Shown here piece by piece: positions 26,672 to 36,409 of a stretch of DNA of 64,000 nt. Origin of the DNA: a virus; IMG/VR virus record IMGVR_UViG_3300035698_018475, positions 32,001 to 96,000 of that record, one strand, 5' to 3'. Numbering within the stretch: the stretch's first letter is position 1; each line of letters opens with the position of its first letter. Both the position numbers and the translations under genes were made by a program. The notes under the pieces are model-generated. The model worked only from the letters and a program-made list of their open reading frames with translations. It was not told the origin of the DNA and did not search any database.

Positions 26672-28303
26672 ATGAGTCAGTACATTTCTCCCGGAGTATA
26701 TGTTAAAGAGAGAGATTTATCCACCATTATTCCCAACGTTTCTGCCACTACTTCGGCATTAGTGGGGTATTCCATCAAGGGTACTGTTGAAGTTAAGCTT
26801 ATAACTAACTCTCAACAGTTTATCAGTGAGTATGGAGAGCCGGTTCCTGGTAACTACTTCCACTACTCTGCTCTGGCTTTCCTTGAGAATGGGAATGCTC
26901 TGTACTGTTTACGGGTGATTAACGGAGCACTATATGGGGGTATGAATGTGGTTAATGAAGATTCAGAGTATGATAATGTGGGGTTCTCCGTAGGAAGATC
27001 TTCAATAGCATTCTATGATGATTCTCCGGTAACAGATGAGTTATTCTCCATATTCGGAAAAGATCCGGGAGTATGGGATAATAGGATTTCTATAATTGTT
27101 AGAGATGTGAATAATTTATACTATGATGGAAATCTGAGCTATCCTGCAGATGTGGTGGATCAGTACACATTTACTATTGATGTGTATTATCAGAATGATG
27201 ATGGGGAAAATCAGTTAGTGGAATCTTGGACCGTTTCAAGGCAGGAAAAAATTGATGGTTATGGACGACAGATGTATCTGGAAGATCGGATCAATGATTA
27301 CAGTGATTACATAATGGTGGCGGATAATACCGGGCAGGCAGATACGGTGGTACCAAAAGCTAATTCCAGTGTGGTACTACTCGTTGGTGGTACCGATGGT
27401 TCTGTTGCGACTTCAAGTCAGATAGCAACCGCTTGGGGTGAATTTACTAATCCGGATGATATTGATGTCAGGATACTTATCAACGGTGGAATTACTGCTG
27501 TGGCGGTCCAGCAGGCAATGTTGACTATTGCTGAGGCCAGGATGGATTGTATTGCTATTTTGGATATGCCTTATGGTTATATTGATTCTGTGGATGATAT
27601 AATAGATTGGCGTAGAAGTGTACAGAACTTTAATAGTTCCTACTGTGCCTTATACGCCCCGTGGGTCAAAATAAATGATTCCTTTAATGATAGGATTTTG
27701 GAAGTGCCTCCTTCTGGGTATGTGGCTTCCCAATATGCTTATAATGATTATGTGGCTCACCCATGGTTTGCACCTGCTGGTTTTAATCGAGGTATATTGA
27801 ATGTATTATCCATCTCCAGTGTGTTTACCCAAGGGGAAAGGGACCAATTATATAAATACCAGATCAATCCTTTGCAGGTCTTTAGAGGTCAAGGGAATGT
27901 TATCTGGGGGCAGAAGACCCAACAGTTTAAGCCATCAGCATTAAGTAGAGTGAATGTGAGGAGGATGTTGATAGTATTGGAGAAAGCAATATCTATTGCC
28001 TTACAGACCTTTGATTTTGATCCTAATAGTGAATTTTACAGGTTCAGAATTACTGCTATGGTTATAGAATATATGGATCTATTATCTACCCAAGGAGCGT
28101 TTCAAACAGAGTTGGGAGATGATGGGTATAAAGTAGTTTGTGATGATACTAATAATACTCCTGCTGTTATTGATAGAAATGAGTTAAGGGTAGACATATT
28201 TATCAAGCCCAGTAGAGCGGCAGAGTTTATTCAGTTACAGACCATTATTACAAGAACTGGAGCGTCGTTCAATGAACTTATTAGCCGCGGAGCTCTCCTC
28301 TAA
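26672..28303 (+). CDS. gp18: Tail sheath protein
   Basis: ISPGVYVKERDLS start; YAPWVK, PPSGYV, WFAPAGFNRG, INP, WGQKT, RVNVRR, FIKPSRAAEFI. Confidence 0.95.
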   Translation: MSQYISPGVYVKERDLSTIIPNVSATTSALVGYSIKGTVEVKLITNSQQFISEYGEPVPGNYFHYSALAFLENGNALYCLRVINGALYGGMNVVNEDSEYDNVGFSVGRSSIAFYDDSPVTDELFSIFGKDPGVWDNRISIIVRDVNNLYYDGNLSYPADVVDQYTFTIDVYYQNDDGENQLVESWTVSRQEKIDGYGRQMYLEDRINDYSDYIMVADNTGQADTVVPKANSSVVLLVGGTDGSVATSSQIATAWGEFTNPDDIDVRILINGGITAVAVQQAMLTIAEARMDCIAILDMPYGYIDSVDDIIDWRRSVQNFNSSYCALYAPWVKINDSFNDRILEVPPSGYVASQYAYNDYVAHPWFAPAGFNRGILNVLSISSVFTQGERDQLYKYQINPLQVFRGQGNVIWGQKTQQFKPSALSRVNVRRMLIVLEKAISIALQTFDFDPNSEFYRFRITAMVIEYMDLLSTQGAFQTELGDDGYKVVCDDTNNTPAVIDRNELRVDIFIKPSRAAEFIQLQTIITRTGASFNELISRGALL

Positions 28304-28330
28304 ACCTTTGCTATATAAGGAGTTATAGAT

Positions 28331-29134
28331 ATTCCTAAAGGTGTTTATAAAAGAACTGAATTTCATAAAGAACGTATGAGATCAGGAAAAGTCCTTATAA
28401 CAAGGGTTTGTCCTATATGTGGGGATACTTTTGAATGTGGGGATTGGGCATATAAGTATACTTATTGTAGTATTCGATGTTCTGGTATTTCACAAAGAGG
28501 TAAAGTGATTTCACAAGAACAGCGAGATAAAATAAGTACGACTCTACGAACTGTTAAAAGAGAAAGAAGGAAGTGCCTGGAGTGTGGAGAAATATTTGAG
28601 ATTAAGGTGAATGTTACTAAGAAATTTTGTAATAGAACTTGTTACTTTTCTTATAAAAAACGTGGTATGTATAAACATTCAGAGGAGACAAAGAAGAAGA
28701 TAGGAGATAGACATAGAAGAGAGAAGTTGAAGAAAGTCTGTCTTTCTTGTGGGAAGGAATTTTATGTATGTAAGTGTTTCAAATCCACTAAGTATTGTTC
28801 TATGAAGTGTTTTGGTTTGGATCATAGAGGGGATGGAGCAGCTGCTTGGAATGGTGGCACATCAAACTTTCCATATCCATTTGATTTTGATAAAGAACTG
28901 AAGGAGTTAATTCGTAAGAGAGATAGTTATGAATGTAGATTTTGTGGTATGTCACAAGAAGAACACTCGGAAGTTCTGGGAGAGCAGTTAAGTATACATC
29001 ATATTGATTATGATAAGGAAAATTCTGATCCAAACAATCTTATTTCCTTATGTAGAGGATGTCATCTCAGGACTAATGTTAATAGAGAAAGTTGGAAGAA
29101 GATTTTTAGATTAAAGTTAAAAATGGCGATTTAG
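28331..29134 (+). mobile_element. Free-standing HNH homing endonuclease gene with Zn-finger and NUMOD3-like repeats; likely ATT start at 28331 (first ATG 28376)
   Basis: IRKRDSYECRFCG...IHHIDYDKENSDPNNLISLCRGCH; three CxxC...KxCxxxC repeats; AAGGAG 8 nt before the in-frame ATT; 12-bp direct repeats on both flanks. Confidence 0.85.
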
Positions 29135-29157
29135 GGAACTATATAAGGAGAATAATT

Positions 29158-29676
29158 ATGAGTCCGACTATGGGAGTGGACAATCTTCGGGATAACTTAA
29201 CTAATCCACAACGTACTTATATGTGGGAATTCCAATGTGTGAATCCCATAGGAGGTGGTGATGGGGAGACCCTACTCCTTCGTTGTCAGACTATGGTTTG
29301 GCCGGGAGAAGCTTTCGGTGAAATACTTATTCCCTACAAGCAGACTGCCGGTCTGAAGGTTCCCGGTAAACGTAGCTATACTCATACTTTGGATACTACA
29401 ATGATCGAGGGGGAAGATGGGGTAGTACATGATATAATCCACGCTTGGATGCAACTTATTGTGGATAATAAAACTGGGATAGGAGTGGGGGATAATGCGG
29501 TGAAAACTGATATTTATCTTCGATTACTTTCTACTAAGGGGGAACAAACCAAGAGGATCCGGGTGATAGGTTGTTATCCACAGGCCAGAGATGAAATACC
29601 CCTATCCTATGATGATGAGGGTAATACATTGTTCCCCGTAACTTGGAGTTATGATCGTTGGGAAGAGGTTGTGTAG
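29158..29676 (+). CDS. gp19: Tail tube protein
   Basis: 172 aa after the sheath; RTYMWEF, VPGKRSY, YPQ...LSYD, FPVTWSYDRW. Confidence 0.88.
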   Translation: MSPTMGVDNLRDNLTNPQRTYMWEFQCVNPIGGGDGETLLLRCQTMVWPGEAFGEILIPYKQTAGLKVPGKRSYTHTLDTTMIEGEDGVVHDIIHAWMQLIVDNKTGIGVGDNAVKTDIYLRLLSTKGEQTKRIRVIGCYPQARDEIPLSYDDEGNTLFPVTWSYDRWEEVV

Positions 29677-29679
29677 TAT

Positions 29680-30249
29680 ATGGCTAAGTTCTCAGATTTA
29701 GTTTCTGGAGTTATGGGACCACAATCCCTTTTGTCCTATCATAGGACTTATAATTGGGATATATATTTCTTCTTCTCCATGGGTGGTATAAGGGGAGAAC
29801 TATTATCTAAGTTCTGTCAAGACATTACATTTGGTGGTTATTCCATATCCGATCTGGTAGAATTACGTAAAGGAGGAAGACAAGAGTTTTATCCCGGGAT
29901 GATGAATGTTAATACTGTTACTATGACCTTTGTCATTCCGTCTCCTGATATAGTGGGTAAATTCTTTCAATCTTGGAGGGAGCTAATAGTTGATCGTCAA
30001 GGTTTTTATGGAGTGAAGAATGACTATTCTAACAATATTTACATTTGGTTGGAGGGCAATAATTACTTTCCTAGTTCCAGATATGTATTAAAAAGAGCAT
30101 TTCCTCTGGATGTACCTTTGTTCAATTTATCTTATGGAGATGAAGATGTAGTGAGATATCCAATAAACTTTAAGGTGGATGATGTACAATTGGCAGGAGT
30201 TGCTGATACTGCAATAGATTTTGCCACTGGTCTTTTTAAGTGGTTTTAA
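29680..30249 (+). CDS. Tube-fold protein (tube initiator, gp54/gp48-like)
   Basis: Tube-like motifs (WRELIVD, AFPLDVPLFNLSYGDEDVVRYPINF). Confidence 0.65.
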   Translation: MAKFSDLVSGVMGPQSLLSYHRTYNWDIYFFFSMGGIRGELLSKFCQDITFGGYSISDLVELRKGGRQEFYPGMMNVNTVTMTFVIPSPDIVGKFFQSWRELIVDRQGFYGVKNDYSNNIYIWLEGNNYFPSSRYVLKRAFPLDVPLFNLSYGDEDVVRYPINFKVDDVQLAGVADTAIDFATGLFKWF

Positions 30250-30270
30250 GGAGATACATTTACAGAAGGG

Positions 30271-31032
30271 TTGGTAGATACAATGGGAAAGGATTTTAGA
30301 AGCGTTAAATTACCGTCTAAATGTTTGGTATATCCCGGGGTAAGTCCAGAGGATATATCTATCTGTCAATTAACTGGGGAGGAAGAAAGGTTATTATCGG
30401 AGGTCAATACTTCTAATTTGGATAGGAAGGTTCTTGAGGTCCTAAAGAATGTAGTACGAGGTGTAGACGTTTCTGTACTAACCGCAGGGGATCGATTGTT
30501 TCTCCTGATATGGGAGATTATGAATTCCTTTTCTGATGAGATTCCTGTAAGTTATCTATGTTACAATTGTAACAAGAAAGTGGATATTACTGGGAAGTTC
30601 TCTACTATGGAGGTTATAGAACTTCCAGATGATTTCAAACAACCATATCCAGTGACTCTGTCAGATGAAAAAGTAGTAAATCTCCGTTTACTCACAGCGG
30701 GTGATGAAGTTCTGATCTCTGATTATGAAAGTAGTGGTAAAGATGCTTGGTGTTATAGGTATGCATTAAGTATAGTTTCTGATGATGATATTTTGAGAAG
30801 GATTAAGTTCTATCAGGATCTTCCAGTAAAAGATACTGCTAAAATCAGAGCTTTCCAAGAGAAGTTTTTCCATGGACCCAGTATGGAATTTCCCTGTAAA
30901 TGTCCATACTGTGGGGAGGAGGAACTTGTTTCCATACCCTTTCGTATTGAGTTCCTTTTTCCGTCTGGCGAGGGGCTTGTCAGAAATCATGGAATTGGAG
31001 TTTCATCTGATGTGGTACCTAAGGATGAGTAA
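30271..31032 (+). CDS. Baseplate hub/tail assembly chaperone (gp26-like)
   Basis: VKLPS, LTGEEE, LTAGDRLFLL, CxxC pairs, FFHGP...CKCPYCG; ATG alternative at 30283. Confidence 0.75.
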   Translation: MVDTMGKDFRSVKLPSKCLVYPGVSPEDISICQLTGEEERLLSEVNTSNLDRKVLEVLKNVVRGVDVSVLTAGDRLFLLIWEIMNSFSDEIPVSYLCYNCNKKVDITGKFSTMEVIELPDDFKQPYPVTLSDEKVVNLRLLTAGDEVLISDYESSGKDAWCYRYALSIVSDDDILRRIKFYQDLPVKDTAKIRAFQEKFFHGPSMEFPCKCPYCGEEELVSIPFRIEFLFPSGEGLVRNHGIGVSSDVVPKDE

Positions 31033-31120
31033 ATCTGATCTTCTGCAGTGTTCTCTGAAAGAAAGAGATTGGTTATATAACAGATTGATACAGGTGATTA
31101 GTAGGAAGAAAGATGGCTAA
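30962..31120 (+). CDS. gp51-like/GT chaperone extension, read by +1 frameshift or from ATG 30989
   Basis: ELEFHLMWYLRMSKSDLLQCSLKERDWLYNRL is typical of pre-tape-measure chaperone extensions; overlaps the 3' end of 30271..31032. Confidence 0.6.
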   Translation, partial: RLARGLSEIMELEFHLMWYLRMSKSDLLQCSLKERDWLYNRLIQVISRKKDG

Positions 31121-32633
31121 GAGACCTACTTGGATTAGATCTTATATGAAGCTTGGGAGGTAGGCTTTTGATGATTACACCCTTTCTGTACTTCGCCTAA
31201 TAGAGAAGAAGTACTCTGAGGACTATGTAGTATTTCTTAAACAACTTAGATCTCATTTTTCTCCCGGCACTTCTATAGGAGAAAAGGCACGTATTTTAGA
31301 AAAACAGGTTCATCAGTCTATTAAGACCATCAGGAATCTCCGTGGTTGGTATGGTGGGAAAGCCACGAGAAAAGAAATATCTGAATTGTATGTGACCTTG
31401 GAAGCAATAGAATTGGGGATAAAAGATATTGCTGAGATGTCGGGAGCTTCCCAGGAGTTGAAAAGTGTACTGGTTTCTATACAGGAGCAGGTTAATGTTT
31501 CAGTAGAAGAAATCCAGAAAGCAGGAAAAGCGATTAAGAAAGGAGTATCTTCTGCAAGAGTAAAAGGAAAAGGTAGAAAAAGGCAGAGAAGGGATTCTTC
31601 TTTCCAAAGGGATATTTTAAGAGGCTTTCTTGGGGAAATGGTGGTGGGGAGAGGAGATGGACGTAGGACTAAAGGTAAGGCAGAGGGTCGTGGAAGAACC
31701 AGGTTAATGCGGGCTCTGACTCCAGTTTCTACCCCTGAGATAGGTGGAGAGAGGCCCAGAACCAGGGCAACCACAGTAGGAGGAGTATCTGCAGGAGGTT
31801 TATATGAATTCTTTGACCAAGGTGCTTATAAAGCCACATGGACCAGAGATGTTATTAGTGAGTTGAGGGAGATTAGAACCAAATTAACCATTGGTACAAA
31901 AGGTAAGGGAGTGGGTGGTTTACTGGGTAAGTTGGCTTTAGTTCTTGGTGGTGGGGCGGGAGTGGTGGCACTTATGGGTGGTTTGGTCGTTACTCTAGGA
32001 TTATTGGCAGGTGCTGTTGTAACTTCTATCGGTGCTTATAATAAGTTCAAGAATATGATAGTAGGAACAAAAGAGGTGGGTAGGAGAGCGGGGGAGGCTG
32101 TGTCAGAAAGAGCTTCTGCAGATAGGATAAGACAAAGTCTTGGTTTACCATCTGTTGCAAAAGCATTTGGAGAATCTCCAGAAGTACAGAGAGATCTTAG
32201 GAGAGCCAAAGCACAGGAGAAGTTATGGTCTTCAAAGACTAAGATCAAAGAAAGATCTAAGTCACTGGTACAATGGTTGTTCCCCGGAATTAGGACAGAT
32301 CCTTATCAACCTCATAAGGGGACAGAGATAGGTATGACAGCATCAATAGAAAGTATTCTGAAAAGTAGAGAAGCCACGGCAGCAGAAGCCAAGAGAATTA
32401 CAGAGATGTTAGGAATATCTGGGGCTGGGGGAAGACCAAGAGGAGGACTTCCTCCCCCAAAATCAGATGTGTTTACCCAGCAGTTTATGACAGAACATGG
32501 GAATACCATGAAGAAGGTAGATAGTTCTTTGAATCAATTAGTTAAGCAAAGAGGTAAGAAAGATCCCACTCCTATTACTAAAGATAGGCAGTTTGAGGTG
32601 GATACTACTCATAATTGGATGAATACAAATTAA
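31113..32633 (+). CDS. Tape-measure-like protein with an in-frame TAG at 31161-31163
   Basis: ATG 31113 is in frame with 31386..32633; only one stop (codon 17) lies between; G/A/L-rich hydrophobic stretch; position between chaperone and baseplate genes. Confidence 0.6.
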
Positions 32634-32643
32634 GGAATAGGAT

Positions 32644-33570
32644 GTGACCATAACGGCGGAACCAACTACTGGGGAACAGTATATAAAAACTTTGGGTAAG
32701 ACTGCCAGGAATCCAAATAATATCCGTGTCCGTTTTCGAGAAGTTCCACAGGTGACACAGAATCAATATTCCCGAGTAGGTTATCTTCCCGAAACGTCTG
32801 GAACTCCCGATGCTTATATAACTACTATTATTAGTAGGACTTTACAATGTAAGATATATGCAATTATTCCGGAAGAGATAAGATTTGTGGTAAATAGTGT
32901 GTGGGAACCTTTTCCAGGATTAGGTATGTTTAGTGATTTGGCAGAACTAATTCCACAAGCACTGTTTGGGGTAACTTTGGTTCAGCCTTGGATGAAGAGG
33001 AGGATGTGGCGGGGTTCAACTCCTATTCAGATACAGGTTCGGATGCAATTTGTAGCTTATGATAATGCGATGAATAATGTGGTTACTCCTTGTATGTACC
33101 TCCAGCAGATGACTTTACCTCATGAGAGTTTTAACCTAGATTATGTGGAAAATGAGGGGGCTAAAAATGAGAGTTCTGAGAGATTGTTCACCGCTTACAG
33201 TCCACCGGGACCAAGTCCGTTCACTGTATTTGAGGATGTAGGAAAGGGGGATAAGATAGACCTAACCTTTGGTACCTTCTTACAGTTTGAGAATGTTATT
33301 ATCACTGAAGCCGAGATTACTTTTGATAGTCGGTTTACTCCTGAGGGATTTCCAGTATCTGCTGCAGCAAATATTACCTTTGAAACATTTGAGATGGTAA
33401 CAAAAGAGAAGTTAAGAGCAGCCTATGAGTTTAATACTTCGATTCCCAAATTAGATGAGGGGCAAATGCAATCAATTACCTTAAATCAACTTGGAAAAGG
33501 TTTGGGGGATACCGTACAAGATACAGTGAATAAAACTTCTAGTTTTGCCAAGAAATTTTTACCAGGATAA
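32644..33570 (+). CDS. Baseplate/tube-initiator protein (gp48-like)
   Basis: Tube-fold C-terminus (FENVIITEAEITFD...SAAANITFETFE); position after the tape measure. Confidence 0.6.
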   Translation: MTITAEPTTGEQYIKTLGKTARNPNNIRVRFREVPQVTQNQYSRVGYLPETSGTPDAYITTIISRTLQCKIYAIIPEEIRFVVNSVWEPFPGLGMFSDLAELIPQALFGVTLVQPWMKRRMWRGSTPIQIQVRMQFVAYDNAMNNVVTPCMYLQQMTLPHESFNLDYVENEGAKNESSERLFTAYSPPGPSPFTVFEDVGKGDKIDLTFGTFLQFENVIITEAEITFDSRFTPEGFPVSAAANITFETFEMVTKEKLRAAYEFNTSIPKLDEGQMQSITLNQLGKGLGDTVQDTVNKTSSFAKKFLPG

Positions 33571-33577
33571 ATAAACC

Positions 33578-33883
33578 ATGGATAGGACTAAGTTTTTCAA
33601 GAGAACTACCGTTGCCGGGGTACGGGAATTGGATTTTCTATACAATACTATATCCAATTTGGTTCCTAGACATAAAAGTACATTCTATCGTCTATCCATA
33701 CTGGACAGAAAGAGACCAGATATTACCAGTTTCAGGAATTATGGTACCCCCAGCTGGTGGTGGATAGTTTTAGCATTTAATGGTATACAAGATCCCTTTT
33801 TTGAAACTAAGGTGGGAAGGATGTTGGAAATACCAAACGTTTTGGATATTTATGAGTTTGCCAAGGATTTTAAGTTAAGATAG
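33578..33883 (+). CDS. Baseplate wedge LysM-like protein (T4 gp53 / P2 gpX-like)
   Basis: RPDITSFRNYGTPSWWWIVLAFNGIQDPF. Confidence 0.8.
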   Translation: MDRTKFFKRTTVAGVRELDFLYNTISNLVPRHKSTFYRLSILDRKRPDITSFRNYGTPSWWWIVLAFNGIQDPFFETKVGRMLEIPNVLDIYEFAKDFKLR

Positions 33884-33887
33884 TAAT

Positions 33888-35174
33888 ATGTTAACAAGAA
33901 CTACTGATTATTCTGTACGCTTGAAGTTTGGGGATGTTGAAGCCACAGTGGACCCTCATACTATGAGGGAATTCACAGTTACCCAGGATATCAATAGTTT
34001 CCTTCCATCTTTTAAGATTCGGACCGTGGATCGTCAGGGATTATTGACCCATGTAGTTCCTTTTGATAGAAGAGTGAGTAGAATCTTTGTTCAGTTCAGT
34101 GGTTTTGAAGATATTCAAAATGGGGAGAATCATAACTTTTTTAATTTCATAGTGCATAGGAAATTCCCGGATAGTGATGGTTTGTTCCATATTGAAGGAT
34201 TGTTGGATGTAGATGGTCTGTTCTATCCAAAGAGAACCATTGGCAGACAAGGAATGGTATCTTCAATCATAAAAGAGATATCTGAGAATGAACTACGGGT
34301 GGTAGAAACAGATATAAGTCCATCTCTTGCAGGAACAATGACTACGGTTCAGGGGGATTCTAGTAATGCTGAGTTTCTCAAGTGGTTAAAAGATCAGTCT
34401 ACTGGATCCAATAATGAGGGATGTTTCTTTTGTTTTGTCCGAGTTAGAAGAGGAATAAGAGAATTGGTTTTTCGAAGTTTGCATGATTTTGTCAGGTTAG
34501 AACCAGTGAACAACTTTGCTTTCTTTAGGGAAAAGGTGGAAGATTATTATCCTATCTTAGATTATCAAATAGTAGATACTTTTACGTCTCATAGAATGGG
34601 TGGATATAAGACTCAAACCTATTCTTACTTTGATTATTATCAAGGAAAGTATGTAAACCAATCTTTGGATACCACGGAGTACTTTGCACTGGCAGAGAAG
34701 TTTCTAATAGATTCGAATAGACCGGATGAAGATGTTAATGAGATATCGAATCTTGGGAGAAACAAGGAAGATGATAGGACCTACACCGGTAAAATAAAAG
34801 GACTGTACTATAAAGCACTTACTTCTCTATCAAAGATGTGGATTACTACCAGAGGTATGCAGAATATATGTCCGGGAGATATAGTGTTATTGGCCTTCCC
34901 TGGTCCTGCAATAGATGGTAAGATCCTGGATTATCAATATTCCGGTTTTTGGTTGGTGGAAAGGATTGTCCATTCCTTTGGTACAAGTTATATTAGTAAA
35001 ATACTTCTTACTAGGAATGGAGTGGATTCTACTATTGAGTCCACCTTATTACCAGCTAGTATCAAGAAGACCAGATCCAGAGAGTTTGGTAGAAGAAGAA
35101 CTTTCGAAACTCCTTCGGTTCGGAAGGAGATAGGAGAGACTGGGAGAGATGGAGAATCTATTACAACCAGTTAG
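33888..35174 (+). CDS. Baseplate hub protein (gp27/gpD-like)
   Basis: C-terminal ICPGDIV...YSGFWLVERIVHSF...SKILLTR motif. Confidence 0.8.
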   Translation: MLTRTTDYSVRLKFGDVEATVDPHTMREFTVTQDINSFLPSFKIRTVDRQGLLTHVVPFDRRVSRIFVQFSGFEDIQNGENHNFFNFIVHRKFPDSDGLFHIEGLLDVDGLFYPKRTIGRQGMVSSIIKEISENELRVVETDISPSLAGTMTTVQGDSSNAEFLKWLKDQSTGSNNEGCFFCFVRVRRGIRELVFRSLHDFVRLEPVNNFAFFREKVEDYYPILDYQIVDTFTSHRMGGYKTQTYSYFDYYQGKYVNQSLDTTEYFALAEKFLIDSNRPDEDVNEISNLGRNKEDDRTYTGKIKGLYYKALTSLSKMWITTRGMQNICPGDIVLLAFPGPAIDGKILDYQYSGFWLVERIVHSFGTSYISKILLTRNGVDSTIESTLLPASIKKTRSREFGRRRTFETPSVRKEIGETGRDGESITTS

Positions 35175-35180
35175 GAATAA

Positions 35181-35684
35181 ATGGAAGAGAAAGATAAAAT
35201 TCTAGGTAATTATAGAGGAAAAGTTCTTTCCACAGACGATCCGGATCAAAAGGGTAGGATCAAGGTTGAGATCTATCCTTGGTTTATTGGAGTTCAAGCA
35301 AAGTTTCTCCCGTGGGCAGTTCCTTGCCGATCCATGTTTTGTGGAGCTGGAGATGGTATAGGTTCTTTTTGTATACCCAGTGTAGGTAGTTATGTTTGGT
35401 GTTTCTTTGAAGCAGGAGACAGGCATCAACCAGTCTACTTCGGGGAAGCCCCTGATTTTGTACATGGTATAGTCCAAGAGGCACTTGATAGTTATCCTAA
35501 TGTTCGTGCTTGGAAGACTCCATCTGGGATAGTTATACAAATAGATGATTCTGCTCCAAGTATAACAATCACTCATCCACAGGGAGCTAGTATTGAGATA
35601 GATAGTACAGGTGCTTTAACAGTATCTTCTGAAGGAATTATAACATTACAAGGGCAAGAAGTTAATATCAATCCGGAAATATAA
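35181..35684 (+). CDS. Baseplate central spike (gp5-N OB fold / gpV-like)
   Basis: YRGKVLSTDDPDQKGRIKV, PSVGSYVWCFFEAGD..QPVY; no lysozyme domain. Confidence 0.85.
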   Translation: MEEKDKILGNYRGKVLSTDDPDQKGRIKVEIYPWFIGVQAKFLPWAVPCRSMFCGAGDGIGSFCIPSVGSYVWCFFEAGDRHQPVYFGEAPDFVHGIVQEALDSYPNVRAWKTPSGIVIQIDDSAPSITITHPQGASIEIDSTGALTVSSEGIITLQGQEVNINPEI

Positions 35685-35983
35685 TGGCTAAGAGAAGAAT
35701 AGCTTGTTTGGGGGATCCTATGATGACTCCTGCAGGTGCGTCCAGAGGTACTATAATAGAGTCAGGACAAGAATCTTGGGCAAATAAGTTTAAGGTGAAT
35801 GGTTTGGAAGTAGCGGTAGAAGGTGCTAAATCCAAGTATGCTGCTAATCCTAAGAGGAACCTGGTTCCTACTGTACTTAAAACTTTTTCAAATGGTAAGA
35901 AGATAATAGTGGCAGGGGATCCACATGATGGTCCTGGTACTGCTGTTGCCACTCCTCCAGATCGTTCAGTATATGTGGAATAA
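35684..35983 (+). CDS. PAAR-like spike tip protein
   Basis: 99 aa after the spike; IACLGD / VAVEG / IVAGD triplet. Confidence 0.65.
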   Translation: MAKRRIACLGDPMMTPAGASRGTIIESGQESWANKFKVNGLEVAVEGAKSKYAANPKRNLVPTVLKTFSNGKKIIVAGDPHDGPGTAVATPPDRSVYVE

Positions 35984-35986
35984 ATT

Positions 35987-36409
35987 ATGGCCAGTAAAAT
36001 TTTAGTTGAAGAGACTTCTCTGATAAATCCGGGAGAAGTTTGGAGTGAGATCCATCAAGAGATTATCTTGGATTCCCGTGGGACCGTAAAGAGGGTTGTC
36101 AATGAAGCAGCTGTGGTGGCTTCCATAGATAATATACTTCGTACCTCAGTTTATGAGAGAGTGATGTTGCCCAGTTTTGGGGCAGGGATTGATAAACTTC
36201 TGTTCGATCCTATATCTCAATCTTTAGCCACTGAAATATCTACTAAGATAAAAGAGAACATTAGTAGATGGGATGATAGAGTTATAATTAACTCTATAGA
36301 TTTTACACAACAACCGGATTCTAATTTTATGGGTTTGAGGATGGTCTTTTCTATTGCGGGATATGAGAATGTATTTGAATATCAAGCAGATATACCTGTT
36401 GGAGATTAG
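35987..36409 (+). CDS. gp25: Baseplate wedge subunit gp25/gpW-like
   Basis: SIDNILRT..YERVMLPSFGAGIDKLLFDP, RWDDRV. Confidence 0.9.
   Translation: MASKILVEETSLINPGEVWSEIHQEIILDSRGTVKRVVNEAAVVASIDNILRTSVYERVMLPSFGAGIDKLLFDPISQSLATEISTKIKENISRWDDRVIINSIDFTQQPDSNFMGLRMVFSIAGYENVFEYQADIPVGD

Noticed and set aside
26672-29134. HNH as part of a group I intron interrupting the sheath gene
   Set aside because: The sheath has a complete C-terminus and stop before the HNH; the tube gene has its own RBS and intact start.
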